Source of the DNA: Podarcis erhardii
Lineage: Eukaryota
DNA length: 64,000 nucleotides
Direction: 5' to 3' (one strand)
Assembly: GCA_964252035.1 (NCBI GenBank)
Contig: OZ176205.1
Part shown: in pieces, positions 34,958-46,931 of the stretch
How positions within the stretch are numbered: the first letter of the stretch is position 1
Layout: each line of letters opens with the position of its first letter
Notes under the pieces: generated by a model
Database searches by the model: none
The model's input: only the letters and a program-made list of their open reading frames with translations
Told to the model about the DNA's origin: nothing
Made by a program: the position numbers and the translations under genes

Positions 34958-36223
34958 GTAAGGGACGGAAAGGGCACCTCGTCTCTTCTCCCTCTTTCTT
35001 CCCTCCGCGATAGAACTACCATGCCTAGCAAGCAGCGCGCCCGTAGAAGCGCCCTAGTCAACCGGCGCCCAGAGGATGATGGGGGTTGTAGTTGTGACCG
35101 ACTTGGCTTGTGGCCCTCGAGATTCTCAAATGGTTTGGACCCGACTTGATACCGGTGGGATCAAATATGCTACGAGTCTGGTGTTGAGGCTCGGAGCTAG
35201 AAATAGCAGTTGCACGGTAAGCAGGGCAACGGATCTTATAAGATACACGTGATAATAAAAGAATATTTTCTTTTCAACAGAAAAAAAAATAGATAAGCAA
35301 AAGCTGTAGACGTGTCAGGGATGCTTCAGGGGAAGGTATTCCACAGTCAGGCACAGAAAAGGACCGATCCTCAGTAACTAAGCAGGTGCTTATGGAAGGC
35401 GGTGGTGGTTATATTGCGGGCTAGAAAAAGCTTGGGTTCAGTGCTCATCTAAACCTCTGGCGTGATTGTTTCTGTTAGTAACTTATGAAGATCTTATGTT
35501 TGGAGGGTAAAGGGGGGGGGAGCAATTTTGTGCACCTTTGCATTCATTCTTTAACTGGGGAATGGTTCGAGCTATTCAACTCTCATGGCTTCCAACTAAT
35601 TGAAAGAATCTTCATAATCAATAAGCTGCTGGTCTTAAGATTCGTTGGGAGATGCTGTTGGGTTTAAACTGACTTCTGTTTGTAATATAAGTATGCCCCT
35701 AAGTTCTAGACACTCGCATCAAAACCATGTCCAACTTCAAGGCTCCAATTACATGTTGAGGCAAGTACTGTACACACAGCACTTCTGCCTTAGAAAGCTT
35801 GCTAGAAAGAACCAAGGAGTGGTCTATTTAAGCCTCTCTCTCTTGAGGCAGGCAGGGTTTCCTTTACAGAATTGGAGACCACAAACATAACTTGTTAAAA
35901 ATAAGAGGTGGTATGAGTCACAAATTTCCTGGCACTATATAAAATCTTAAAAGTCCAATTCATGCTGAAATCAAAAGTTGGCAACACAATTAAGTCATAA
36001 ATGGTATAAATGCATGTTGAGTTATGTGTTCTAATACCTTATTCCACTCTGAATGTAATATTTTCTGTGTAATCTGTGGTGGTGATGACAGCATACATTG
36101 CAGCTCAGTGCTTAATCCTTCAGTTTAGCTTTCACCTTAATCAATTGAAACAAAAAATAATGGATTTTGGCACCTTCTGTTTTGGAGACCTCTGGCATTG
36201 TATTTTTGAACTTTCCACAAGTA

Positions 36224-36446
36224 CAGTGGTATCTCGGTTTACAAACGATTCGGTTTACGAACTCCACAAAACCAGAAGTAGTGCCCTGGTTTGTGAACTT
36301 TACCTCGGTCTAAGAACGGAATTCAAACAGTGGAAGGGCACTGGTGCCGGAGGCCTCATTAGGGAAAGCACGCCTTGGTTTAAGAACGGTTTTGGTTTAA
36401 GAATGGACTTCCGGAACGGATTCAGTTGTAAACCGAATTGCCACTG
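36224..36446. mobile_element. Tc1/mariner MITE, related subfamily
   Basis: TA|CAGTGGTATCTCGGTTT ... AAACCGAATTGCCACTG|TA. The interior shares TTAAGAATGGACTTCCGGAACG with the other copies. Confidence 0.75.
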
Positions 36447-36913
36447 TATGCGGAATGTAGCCAGGTTTATGTTGCCAACCCCCATGTGAGCACTATGAGT
36501 TTGACTAGTTTCTCAGTACCATTGCAGTACTACCAATGGTAATCTTACACCACATACAGTGAGCAAAGGAAGGAATAAGGCATAGGTCATATGTCATAAT
36601 GATTCTTAGTAATGACTCACAGCTTGGGTGTGGCTCCCAACTGTAAAACTGGTACTTTCATTGCGTCACTAAAATCCATTATTTGTACTGGCAAAATGCT
36701 GACCAGAAAAGATTTGTCTTACAAGGCAAGAAATACAGTACACATTTTACCCCAGCCTTTTAAGATCCCCGTAACTGAGGATTTTGCCATCCAGTATATG
36801 AGGGAGAGAGCACAATTTTGCTCTTGTTGCAAAAGTGCCCTCAAGGGCAGTAATTTACTTGTCTGAATAGGTATGACCAGAAAAGACTTGGATGTATATA
36901 GGATAAAGTAAAG

Positions 36914-37049
36914 CAGGCACCCCCAACCTGCAGCCCTCCAGATGTTTTGGCCTACAACTCCCATGATCCCTAGCTAACAGGACCAGTGGTCAGGGATGAT
37001 GGGAGTTGTAGTCCAAAACAACTGGAGGGCCGAAGGTTGGTGATGCCTG
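36914..37049. mobile_element. hAT-type palindromic MITE
   Basis: TIR CAGGCACCCCCAACCT / AGGTTGGTGATGCCTG; perfect 8-bp TSD AAGTAAAG; internal ACTACAACTCCCAT-type inverted repeat. Confidence 0.9.
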
Positions 37050-39162
37050 AAGTAAAGGGATGCACTTTGGAATACAATCTGTTCCCTGCTTTGGATGACA
37101 TCACTATTTTGAAATAAGTGAAGCAAGGACAAGACATTCCATATACAACTATGTCATATCTTTCATTTCAGTCCTAGCTGCATTTACAGCCCTATCGTAA
37201 ATGTTGCACAAAATGTGATTACGTATATATAGGATTGTTACCTTACTTACCCAAGTACATCATACAGTCATCACATTACAATTATCTGGGTGGTTGTAAA
37301 AATTGAGGTCCACAGTTGCATTCTCTCCAAATATAGGGAATTCTGGCAGTTGAGTAAATGGCTCTATACAGGCAGTAGGGCACATTGATTTCAGTGCAGT
37401 GCTTTCAAGAAAGTATACATAAAATTGCATCTTAAGATTTTTTTTAAAAAAAGTTTAATGTATAGTACAAAGCAGTTAAGTCAGAATATGCTAACTGAGT
37501 TGTGGGTTAGATTTACAGATACATAAATGGGTGCCAAATAGGGATTTATTTCTGCCCGTTCTCTTCTTTAGAAAATGTTTTTAAAACCATAATCCTCAAC
37601 TGCAGACAGAAATACTGCATGCCGGTGTGAGGGTTTTCAGGGTAAAACTTCTTATGAAAAGCTTTGATTTAGGTTATAGCTTCCGTAGGTAATATTTGGA
37701 ATAACGGACTTAATATTTATATACAGCATTAGTTTAAAATACATAGTAAGGCTATGGAGCACACCACTAGGATTCTTTGAGAGATATCAGTATGCAAAAT
37801 TTTGCCTTGATGTTTTACAAAGTAACATACATTTCACCGGGATTTAGGTGAATGTGTACAGTATTCCTAACGTCATCTTCTAGCATAACTTTATTTTAGT
37901 CTTCTGTTGGTGGAACAGGAATACAATGAAATTGTTCCTGCTTTGGCATCTGTTGGGTTGGTGTAACATCTACATATTGTGCTAGCCAAATTAACGTTCT
38001 AAATTCAGAGCAGTAAACAGTAATTATATAAACAAGCAGAAACTTATGGTGCAATTACACACCCACCCACCCTGCTCTTTAGCCAGGTAGCTTACAGAGC
38101 AGTAAAAGCAAGGCAAGGTAGACTCCTGCCCTCAGGCTTGCAATGTAAAAGGTGCATCAGAAAAAGAAAATGGAGAGGAAGGAAGGAAGGAAGGAGAAAA
38201 TAAGCAAGATTGGATAGCAATTCTAAGTTACAAGTTCCTATAATGATTAGTTAGGATGGGAGCAGTTCAGGAGGAGGAGAAACCAAAATCTACTGCTCTC
38301 CGTTGCCTTGCATCCTTTCTCTTTTTCTGCTACAGCTTGATGGAATGATTCTGTTCAGGTGACAGTTGTATTTGATAACACTTGTAACAAAATGATAACC
38401 TTATTTTCAGTTAATTGTTCAGAAGTTATCAATTGCTATTAACAGTTATGATTGGTGCATGCTACTTTCAAATTTAGAGGTACAGTGCTTCTGAATACTA
38501 GTCACTGGAGAGCAATGTTGGAGAGGTTTACAGGCCAATTGATGCGCATCCAGTTGACACATGACCTTGCACATGTGCATCCCCACAACCTGGAAGTGGC
38601 TGGGAAAGGGAGTGGGGCAGGCTTAATGTGTGCTTCACCAACAGCAGGGGAGTCAGGAACACAACCCTTGTGCAAAACAGTTGTTGCCTATATTGCCCTT
38701 CCTACTGTACTTGTGGGTTAGCCACTGTGGGAAGCAGTATACTGGTCTAGATAGGTCCCTTGTCTGATCTGATGGGGCTGCCCTTATATTCCAGCTTTCC
38801 TTGGCACCTGGGTTGAAGTGTGAGTCATTTGTCCAAGTGAGCTTGCTATAAGGGAAATTCAGTGTATTTAAAAATCCTGTTGATTATGTGAAGGTGTTGA
38901 GGAAATGGAAGACATATTAACTAATAGGTTTCTGCAAAGTTCCATGGAGGAAATAACTCCAACAAATGTTAGAGTTCTTACAAAGTTACATATTAAACTT
39001 TGGTGAGGGAGCCTAAAGGAAAATGTTCTATGCTTATGTGGATTGCATGTTGTCTTTTAGTGATGCATGTGGTGCATTTAAAAAGAAGAATACGTACCAA
39101 TTTCATTTAAGAAGTTGCTTATACTTGATTAAAAGATACTTAAATGTATATTTTTCTTTTAG

Positions 39163-39309
39163 AAATACGGTTACACACACCTCTCAGCAGGTGACCTGCT
39201 TCGAGATGAGAGGAAGAGACCGGGCTCTCAGTATGGAGAGCTCATTGAAAGTTACATTAAAGATGGAAAAATTGTTCCTGTTGAGATAACCATCAGCTTG
39301 TTAAAGAGG
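39163..39309 (+). CDS. CMPK1: CMPK1 exon 2
   Basis: [49 protein letters not shown]; 147 nt. Confidence 0.97.
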
Positions 39310-40173
39310 GTAAGATTTTAACACTGTGCTGAGTATACAGTTTTCCATGGGGAGCTATAACAAAACAAAACAAAATAAAACAAAACAAAACAGCTTACAA
39401 CAAAACTTTAATGTGGTTAGATAGAAATTTGCTTTCCCTTTGTTAGTAGCTAACAAAAACATGCAAGGCTGGGGTGGGGGGAGCTTTTTCAGCCTGGTTG
39501 CTGCATTCCCTTGTGGGTAGTCTTTAAGGGAGGGGCACATGCTGTTTGTGGGTGTGTCCAGAGGAAAAAATGTCCAGAGCAATTAACGTGACTTTTAACT
39601 TTGTTGGGTCAGAAGTTTCTAAGCACATCTCTCCATCCTAACAAGCAAGAGATGACATCATGGTTCAAGGACATTCCAGTCAGGCAAAAGAACTCTCAAG
39701 GGGTGTGTGGAGCGGAACTAATAATAATAAGAGGCCCAAGTGCCAGGCAGAGAGGCCTGGAGGGCTACATTCAGGCTCCAGGCCTGAGATTTCCCACCGC
39801 TGTGCAAGACAGATAGATGAATTACTTTTGTACCTGTATGTTTTTCATAAAAAACAATGCTTTTCTCTTTAGGGTTGCTAGAACCCTATGTGGAACAGAA
39901 ACCAGTAGATATTTGGTCTTTATGAATACACTGATCCATTGGGGCTTCCTTCTATATTATTGCACTTTATGTGTTGTCTACATGCAAGACAAACATTTGC
40001 TATTGTGATAAGAATATATAGAAGAGTATTGTTTATGTGAATGCACAGCCGGTTATGTCTTGTGTGTTTGTGAAGCCCAGAGATAGGCAAATCACTCATC
40101 TACGAAGGATGTTTTTTATTAATAAATTCTGTACTCCGTTGCTGCAAGTAATTGGACTACATGGGCTATATAT

Positions 40174-40268
40174 TTAGGATTCATTTGGCTAGAGCATGAT
40201 GCTGATAATGTCAAGGTTGCAGGTTCGATCCCTGTAAGGGACAGCTGCATTTACCTGTATTGCAGGGG
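40174..40268 (+). mobile_element. SINE fragment with a tRNA-Ile-like head
   Basis: TTGGCTAGAGCATGATGCTGATAATGTCAAGGTTGCAGGTTCGATCCCTGTA resembles tRNA-Ile(AAT); followed by CCTGTATTGCAGGGG as in the Lys-headed SINE. Confidence 0.65.
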
Positions 40269-40774
40269 TATTGCAGAGTCCCAATTCTGTGATTGGATCC
40301 AGAGTTGCCATTCTGTGAATGGAAGTGGCTGAGATCCTGCAAGGACTCCCTTTGGAGAAAAGAAAGAAAGAAGCAATTCTGTTTCATCCCTCTTGTAGCT
40401 CTCACTGCCATCTCCTATTCTGATCTATGAAATTCTCCGCCTTTCAGAACATCTTCTCTCCAAGCTGCAGAGTAAACAAGGAATGAGTGAAAACTGTCTC
40501 TCCCCTGTTTCCTTCTGTGTGAATGTCCCATCTATTTTATTTTTGTGGTAGACATTTGTTCATTTAAATGCTTTTCCAGTTGTGCCATAAGTATATTGGT
40601 ATTAAGATAGTATGGAATTAACTTTAAGGTTGCAAGAAATGTATTTGGTACACCTGTAACAGTTCACATGAAAAGCACATGTGTATTTGTAGTACAGGGG
40701 GATTATTACTTAGATGTCACAATACCATGCTTGTAGAAAATCATGTTTAATATAAGCTCTTTGTTACCCATCAG

Positions 40775-40927
40775 GCTATGGATGAAACTATGGAAGCCAA
40801 TGCACAGAAGAATAAATTCTTAATTGATGGATTTCCCAGAAATGAAGACAATCTTCAGGGCTGGAACAAAACCATGGATGGAAAAGCAGATGTATTGTTT
40901 GTTCTCTTTTTTGATTGTGACAATGAG
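40775..40927 (+). CDS. CMPK1: CMPK1 exon 3
   Basis: AMDETMEANAQKNKFLIDGFPRNEDNLQGWNKTMDGKADVLFVLFFDCDNE; 153 nt. Confidence 0.97.
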
Positions 40928-41793
40928 GTAATCACAATATCAAGACACTTGCAACTTTCCTCTGTGCTGTATGAAGAGAGACAATGAAAAATGTTCCATT
41001 GTTCCATTTCTCTTTTCCCTTCTATACATTTTGATACTAATTACAGTATGTGTTAATTAGTTCCTTCCCACAATAAGCCTAGATAATTTTGTGGCAAAAT
41101 TGTCTTGCAATTACAATTAACTGACATGGTGGAAAAAAGTTCTATTGAACTGTCCCATAGCAGAAAGAAGTACTGGTTACCAGAGCACAATTAGAATTGT
41201 AGAAAGTGGGAGATATCTTTTTTTCTTTTGCTTCCAGCAGTGAAGAAGTCTTTGCGAGCACTGATATTCTACAGTATTCAGGCAAAATTAATTCTTATAC
41301 CAACCACCTCTTTCCCGCAGTTCTGTCATCTTTAAAAATCACTTTGTCCTTTGCATTAGATGCGGTATTCTCTTTAGGAAATAAAAGACTGCATACATTC
41401 TTGAATGCTGTACATAAATGATAGTTCTCTATATGTGTTGTATTACAATGAATGTACAATGAATTTCAGTGGATAATTAGACTTCAAGGGCTTTTACCAC
41501 AATATGCTAGGTCCGTTTTGGAGATGCCTTTCTGTTCTACTGATTGTGAAATGTTAGATTTCACGTGACTGGAATAAGGTCTAAGTTCTTATTTCACTTA
41601 AAAGTTTCCAAAAGTGGTGTTATCAATATACAGCATAAGTAATTGAAGGTAAGCTGAATATATTCATGCAAAATGTTTGATATATAGCTTTAGTCTTGTA
41701 CCTTAAAAAACCCAAGTATTTTGTTTACTTTTTGTGGCTTCATGTTTTGATAGTGGCTTCATGTTTCAATAACCCTTTTATTTTTGTTTGAAG

Positions 41794-41870
41794 GTATGTA
41801 TTAACCGTTGCCTTGAAAGAGGAAAGAGCAGTGGCAGAAGTGATGACAACAGAGAAAGTCTGGAAAAGAG
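41794..41870 (+). CDS. CMPK1: CMPK1 exon 4
   Basis: VCINRCLERGKSSGRSDDNRESLEK(R); 77 nt. Confidence 0.96.
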
Positions 41871-41954
41871 GTACTGCGTCTATGCATAATTTCTGTGCTA
41901 GACTTCCTGATGCTTTTCAATTTCATGACTTTGTTGTATCTTTCTTTCCCTTAG

Positions 41955-42051
41955 AATCCATACGTATTTAGAGTCTACCAAGCCCATAATAGACCTCTAT
42001 GAGAAAATGGGCAAAGTTAGGAAAGTAGATGCCTCTAAATCTGTTGATGAG
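41955..42051 (+). CDS. CMPK1: CMPK1 exon 5
   Basis: IHTYLESTKPIIDLYEKMGKVRKVDASKSVDE; 97 nt; preceded by an 84-nt intron. Confidence 0.96.
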
Positions 42052-43525
42052 GTAAGTTGTGAAGAGAGAAGGTTTGGTTTTGAATTTCTTTACATGACCT
42101 ATTAACCACACACAAGCGCCAGGATTTTCTTAGGGCTCAAATATCCCAACTCTTCATTGCATTTTAAATTATCTTCTTTCTCTTACATGGGGAAGATACC
42201 AGGTAAATCTGCAGCCAGCGTTAAAACAGAAATGTCTTAACAGTTAAGCAATTTACACCTATTTTCAGATCATCAATTCAAAACAGCTACCCAGATCCCA
42301 GTCACAAGCATGGCTGCACATAAGATTGAAGGTGTGCAGGGGGTTTCTTCAGGGCACCATGCGTACAGGAATAGGGCATGGATCCAAGTGCTGTGTACTT
42401 CATCCTACAGTTGGCATGCCCTTATTGTCTAAGACAGGATGGCACAATGGTTGATGTGGTTGGCACAGTGAGACAGAGCTGCAGCAATAGCATTAGCATT
42501 GCTTCTACTTACCAAGAGGGGGAGCACTGAGGTGGCACTGAGATTGGAATTTTGGGAGCACATTGACATGAGCTCTGGATTCTCTGCTAGTGTGTCCATG
42601 CAGTCCTGACCTCCCTTGCCACTTTGCCTTCCTCTTCTTGGTAAGTGTTAGTGACTTGGCTGCAGAATCCTGAGCTTGCACTCCAGGGATCACACTATAA
42701 ATTTGATTGCCAGGATTGGAAGCTCCTTGAGACCCTCCATTATAGTTTCTGATTTTTGTACTGCAGATGACATTCAAATGTTCAAATCAGTGCAACCAAA
42801 AATTATTATCAAGGGGACAATCTATATAGTGAAGACAGGCAGTTGAAATACAACTATGGCTTTCTGTCAGGAGAACAGACACCATTAGTTTCCTTCTATC
42901 CCCTGAAATCCTCTATGCACCCCCAAAATCTGCAAAAGACTTGGGACCCTTGAGCAGATAAGTAGGAGAGGGGCAGAAGTCCCATTGTGTGAGTGGAAGT
43001 TTTCTTGTGCATCACAGTATCATCCACAGGCCTCACATTAACTTCAATGACAGATATATCAGTTAGAAAATACTGATTTCACTGTCAATCCCGTCCCTTC
43101 TGTGTTTCATTGACTACCTGACTTCCAAGCTGCCTCCATCACTGCTCTAAAACGTTTACATCTGTTTTCACCTCTAATTGCCTTAGGCTGGGTGCTACAT
43201 GTGCATGGTGGTAGATTGTAACTTGAATAGGCCTGTTGAACATAGTGATTATAAGAAACTCACAATTCCATCCCTTTTAAGGCTCTGAAGACTTTGTGTT
43301 AGTGTTTGTCCTGCCTTTTTATACTATGAATGTGTTTTTAGCTTTTACTCTCTTTTAGATTTATGTTTTAATGTGTAGTGTGTGCTTTTTTGATACATCA
43401 CTTGAGTTTATTTTTTCATTTTTAAAAAGCAGCTAATAAGTGCAATAAATAATTGTTTGCAGTATTCATGAAACGTGCTTATTGGTATAATGTAGAAAAA
43501 TTATGTAATGTCTTTTCTTTTGCAG

Positions 43526-43567
43526 GTTTTTGGCAAAGTTGTGAAGATCTTTGATAAAGAAGGCTAG
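43526..43567 (+). CDS. CMPK1: CMPK1 exon 6 (stop)
   Basis: VFGKVVKIFDKEG*. Total from ATG 34883 is 591 nt = 196 aa. Confidence 0.96.
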   Translation, partial: VFGKVVKIFDKEG

Positions 43568-44129
43568 TTCTCTACTTGAACACTGTTTTCAAACTTGCTT
43601 GAATCTTGCTTTAAGAGCTGCTACTATAGTTCATTTTATAATGGTGATAAAATATGCCCTTTTAAACACTTTTGTGTTGAAAACAGTTTAAAAATGGTTA
43701 ATTCGAAAGCCTGGTTTAAAATATGAGTTAGAATTAGATGTGGCTTGTCGTTAAGATAGATACAGTCAAAAAGATTTGCAACTGGTAAAGAACCCTAATT
43801 GCAGAACAAAAATAGTAATTAAATGCTAATCCTAGCTATTTTCAGAAAGCATCTGGTGATCCCCTTAATTTGTCTTTTCTTACTGTCCAAAGCCATGTTA
43901 TTTTTTAGAATCCCGTATACTGAAATTGTAAATATAAGTAAGAGGGCCTGTTGAATTTCTTTTCAGTTTCTTTTTCTTTTAGTTTTGGACCAAATATGGG
44001 GAAATCATATGTGGTTTTTTTAAAAAAATTATGATATTTGCTGTTTTGAATGACAGGCAATTGCTGTAAGCAAAAGTTTTAAACAGAGTATCCCCTTTGT
44101 ATTGAATAGTTCTTGTTTATTTGGTTGCT

Positions 44130-46931
44130 AATAAAGCAATGACCATCCTGAGGCACCCCAATATTAACCCACACTACTTGGAAGTTGTCCCTTTGCTTTC
44201 ACATTTTGGTGCTCCCTGTATCCCACACATGCTTGAAGGCGAAAAGGAACCGCACAGTATGCAGAGTGTGTGCAAGTGTGGCAAGAGGGACAGCTCCTTT
44301 TCCAGAGATAATGAGGAGCAACAGTATCTGGAAATCACGTACGTTATATTTTATAAACGGTGGGTTGGATTCAATCTATGTTGCACTTAGGTCCCACTGA
44401 AATCAATTTGAAAAGTTTAGTCATGATTCATTTTAATCCCATTGATTTTAATGGGAGACTGCAATCAGCAGAGTAATCCTTAACAGCTCCTGCAGGATCC
44501 ATCCTGATAATCCCATTTTGCGAGTTTTGCACTGTCTGTTCCCCTGAGCACAGCAGAAGCCTCCACCACAGCAAAACCAGGCAAATACATACCATCTCAG
44601 AGGGTTAGGACTGCAGCCTAACTTAAGTTGGGTCAAGCCTAGTTCATTTAGGGCTGAGGATTCAGATTATGTAGGTGCTGCACACATTTAGGTGTCTGTG
44701 TATTTGCAAGTAATATGGGCATTTTGTATTTCCAGTACCCACAAGGGTTAAGAAATCAGATATTTGAAAGCAGCTATTACGGTAACATTCACTTGCCACA
44801 CAACTCTAGCTGCATGATAAAATTAATCTAGAAGCTTTGTAACAAAATTATTTATTCAGAGATTTGTAGTGTATGTTTTGAGATAGGTTGGAGGGGAAAT
44901 TCTTATGATTATATTTTCTGCTAAAATTGTATAACTTGAACATTTCGACTCAATTATACGTTTGATATGGTTTGACCAATATAAAAGCATACTAGATCTG
45001 TATTGTTTAAATTTAATGTGTTGCTAGTGGCAGAAATGAGTTTTTAATAACTTGATTAATTTGGATAACAAAAACATACTGAAATGCTTGCACAACTGTT
45101 CTAATTGCACATTTCATTAATTTAAAAATGGCATAAAAATATGGGGCTGGTTACTTAAATCTGTGGGGTTATTATTCTTTTCTTAAAATGTCCACTGAAT
45201 AGGATCTGGGAAATGTGATGATGCATACTTATTAGTGCACTCATTAAGGTTTCTTGTGATGGTTGCTTCATAAGCTACCATTTTAACTATGTTTACAACT
45301 ATTATTTTTCCTATTTTTGTCTCTCTCACACAGAATAGCTTTTAGTGATATATTTTGTCTTTTAATTAGAATATAATTAAGGAACTGCAATTGACTTTGG
45401 CCAGCTGAACATTTGTGCTTTGACTTCACTGGTGTTCTCAAGAAGTAGAAAGCCTAAGTGAAAATGTGCTGTATTAGGATGAGATTTTTTGCATTAAAAT
45501 ACACCATGTTATTGGGATTAGTCGCAAAAACTTTGAAAGGTGCAGCTACTTTGTGGGGGGAATCATGGCCAACTTTTCTCAGAGCGTGTACAAACCAACA
45601 CATAGTCTTATTCTAGAGAATTGGCTTTTCAGTTACTTCCCCACAGGGAAACCTTGATTGTCTGCAAAGAGAGCCCAGTATATCTGCCATAGAATCTGCT
45701 TGTTGCACAGGATTCTGGGGAGTATTTTGGTGTGCACTCACATAAGGGCTTTAGGAAGGTCTGTTGCAGCCCAGCTGTTAGTCCTTGCAGACTGAGTACT
45801 CCATTCAGGACACACATTCCAGGAAACCCTCTCCTGATCCGTTGTAACCAGTTTTGTTTAGTTTTACTGAGGATCCCTTAATAAGCATCTATGGAACTCT
45901 TGGTTCCTTATGCCCATAGTTTGAACCACTGTTATAAATTAACATACTGCTCCTACTTGTAGTAACAATCACTAAAGCTGATTAAAATCATCATCAATTC
46001 CCCCCTTCCCCCACAAAAATCATTCTATATACATCTTTGAAAATTGAAAAATCTACTCTTCTCCCTTTCTGCTGTGAAGGACAATCTCTGTGATTTGCTT
46101 ACGCCTTAGTAGACATGCTTATGGCCTAAAATAGTGAATTTGGGAGCTGGGATCCTTCATGTTGGTAGCTAGTTGGGGCATTTCCTAGAAGTGGGGATGA
46201 ACCTGGTGTTTATAAGCATGCTGTGTTCTTGGACTTGTCTCTCCCAAAAAGGAAAGGTAATCTATTTGTAGTGATTGTCTGCTACAGCAGGAAGACAAAA
46301 AGGGATTCAGTGAAACTAAATTCAGGCCTGAGTCAAAGGAAGCTTGAAGATGGATAGGTGCACAAAGGACTTCTTCAAATGCTCAGATAGGAAACCTGTA
46401 TAACCATAGTTTGTGTGCAGAATGCTTCACATGCTTTGATTGTGGCATTTACTGCACTTCAGTGTGCTGGGGGTAAGGGATCTATGTATGTTGATCCTGT
46501 GTATGCTATCAAACAAGCCAACCTAGTATCAAATGACCTGAAGTGTTACCAACAAAACCTTTTAGAAAGTCTTTTCGTAAAGTTAGTCATTAGATAAGAA
46601 TCCTCATTGTAGTGATATTGCGGTGTTTGAATTTTACGAATATTAATCGAAGTGAGTATGTTTTCTTGCTATGTATTCTGCTATCTGTTTGAAAACTGAA
46701 ACAACTGTATTTTTTATTAAAAAAAAATATGCTACCAATATTGAATTTGGGGTTTAATCGTGTCGTTTAAACAACTGGGATTGATTCCTTTTGTCACTCT
46801 TACTGATGCCATGAATGCAGTGTTTTTCTCTCCATCTCCCCCCCCCCACTATTTTCTGCAACCAGAAAAAAACTGTATAATTCCACGGAGCAGCAAATTG
46901 TAAAAAAACTTCTAAAATGTACACAAATAAA
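44130..46931 (+). terminator. CMPK1: Candidate CMPK1 polyadenylation signals (AATAAA at 44130-35 and 46926-31)
   Basis: Hexamers read directly, each followed by U-rich sequence; usage unknown. Confidence 0.4.

Larger units (their letters stand above)
33050..35120. other. CpG-rich divergent promoter region shared by STIL and CMPK1
   Basis: Two GC/CpG-dense lobes (~33050-33700 and ~34450-35120) between head-to-head genes. Confidence 0.75.

Noticed and set aside
34077-35061. Antisense ORFs of 201 aa and 125 aa over the CMPK1 promoter and exon 1
   Set aside because: CpG-island artefacts, with no domain and no splice support.
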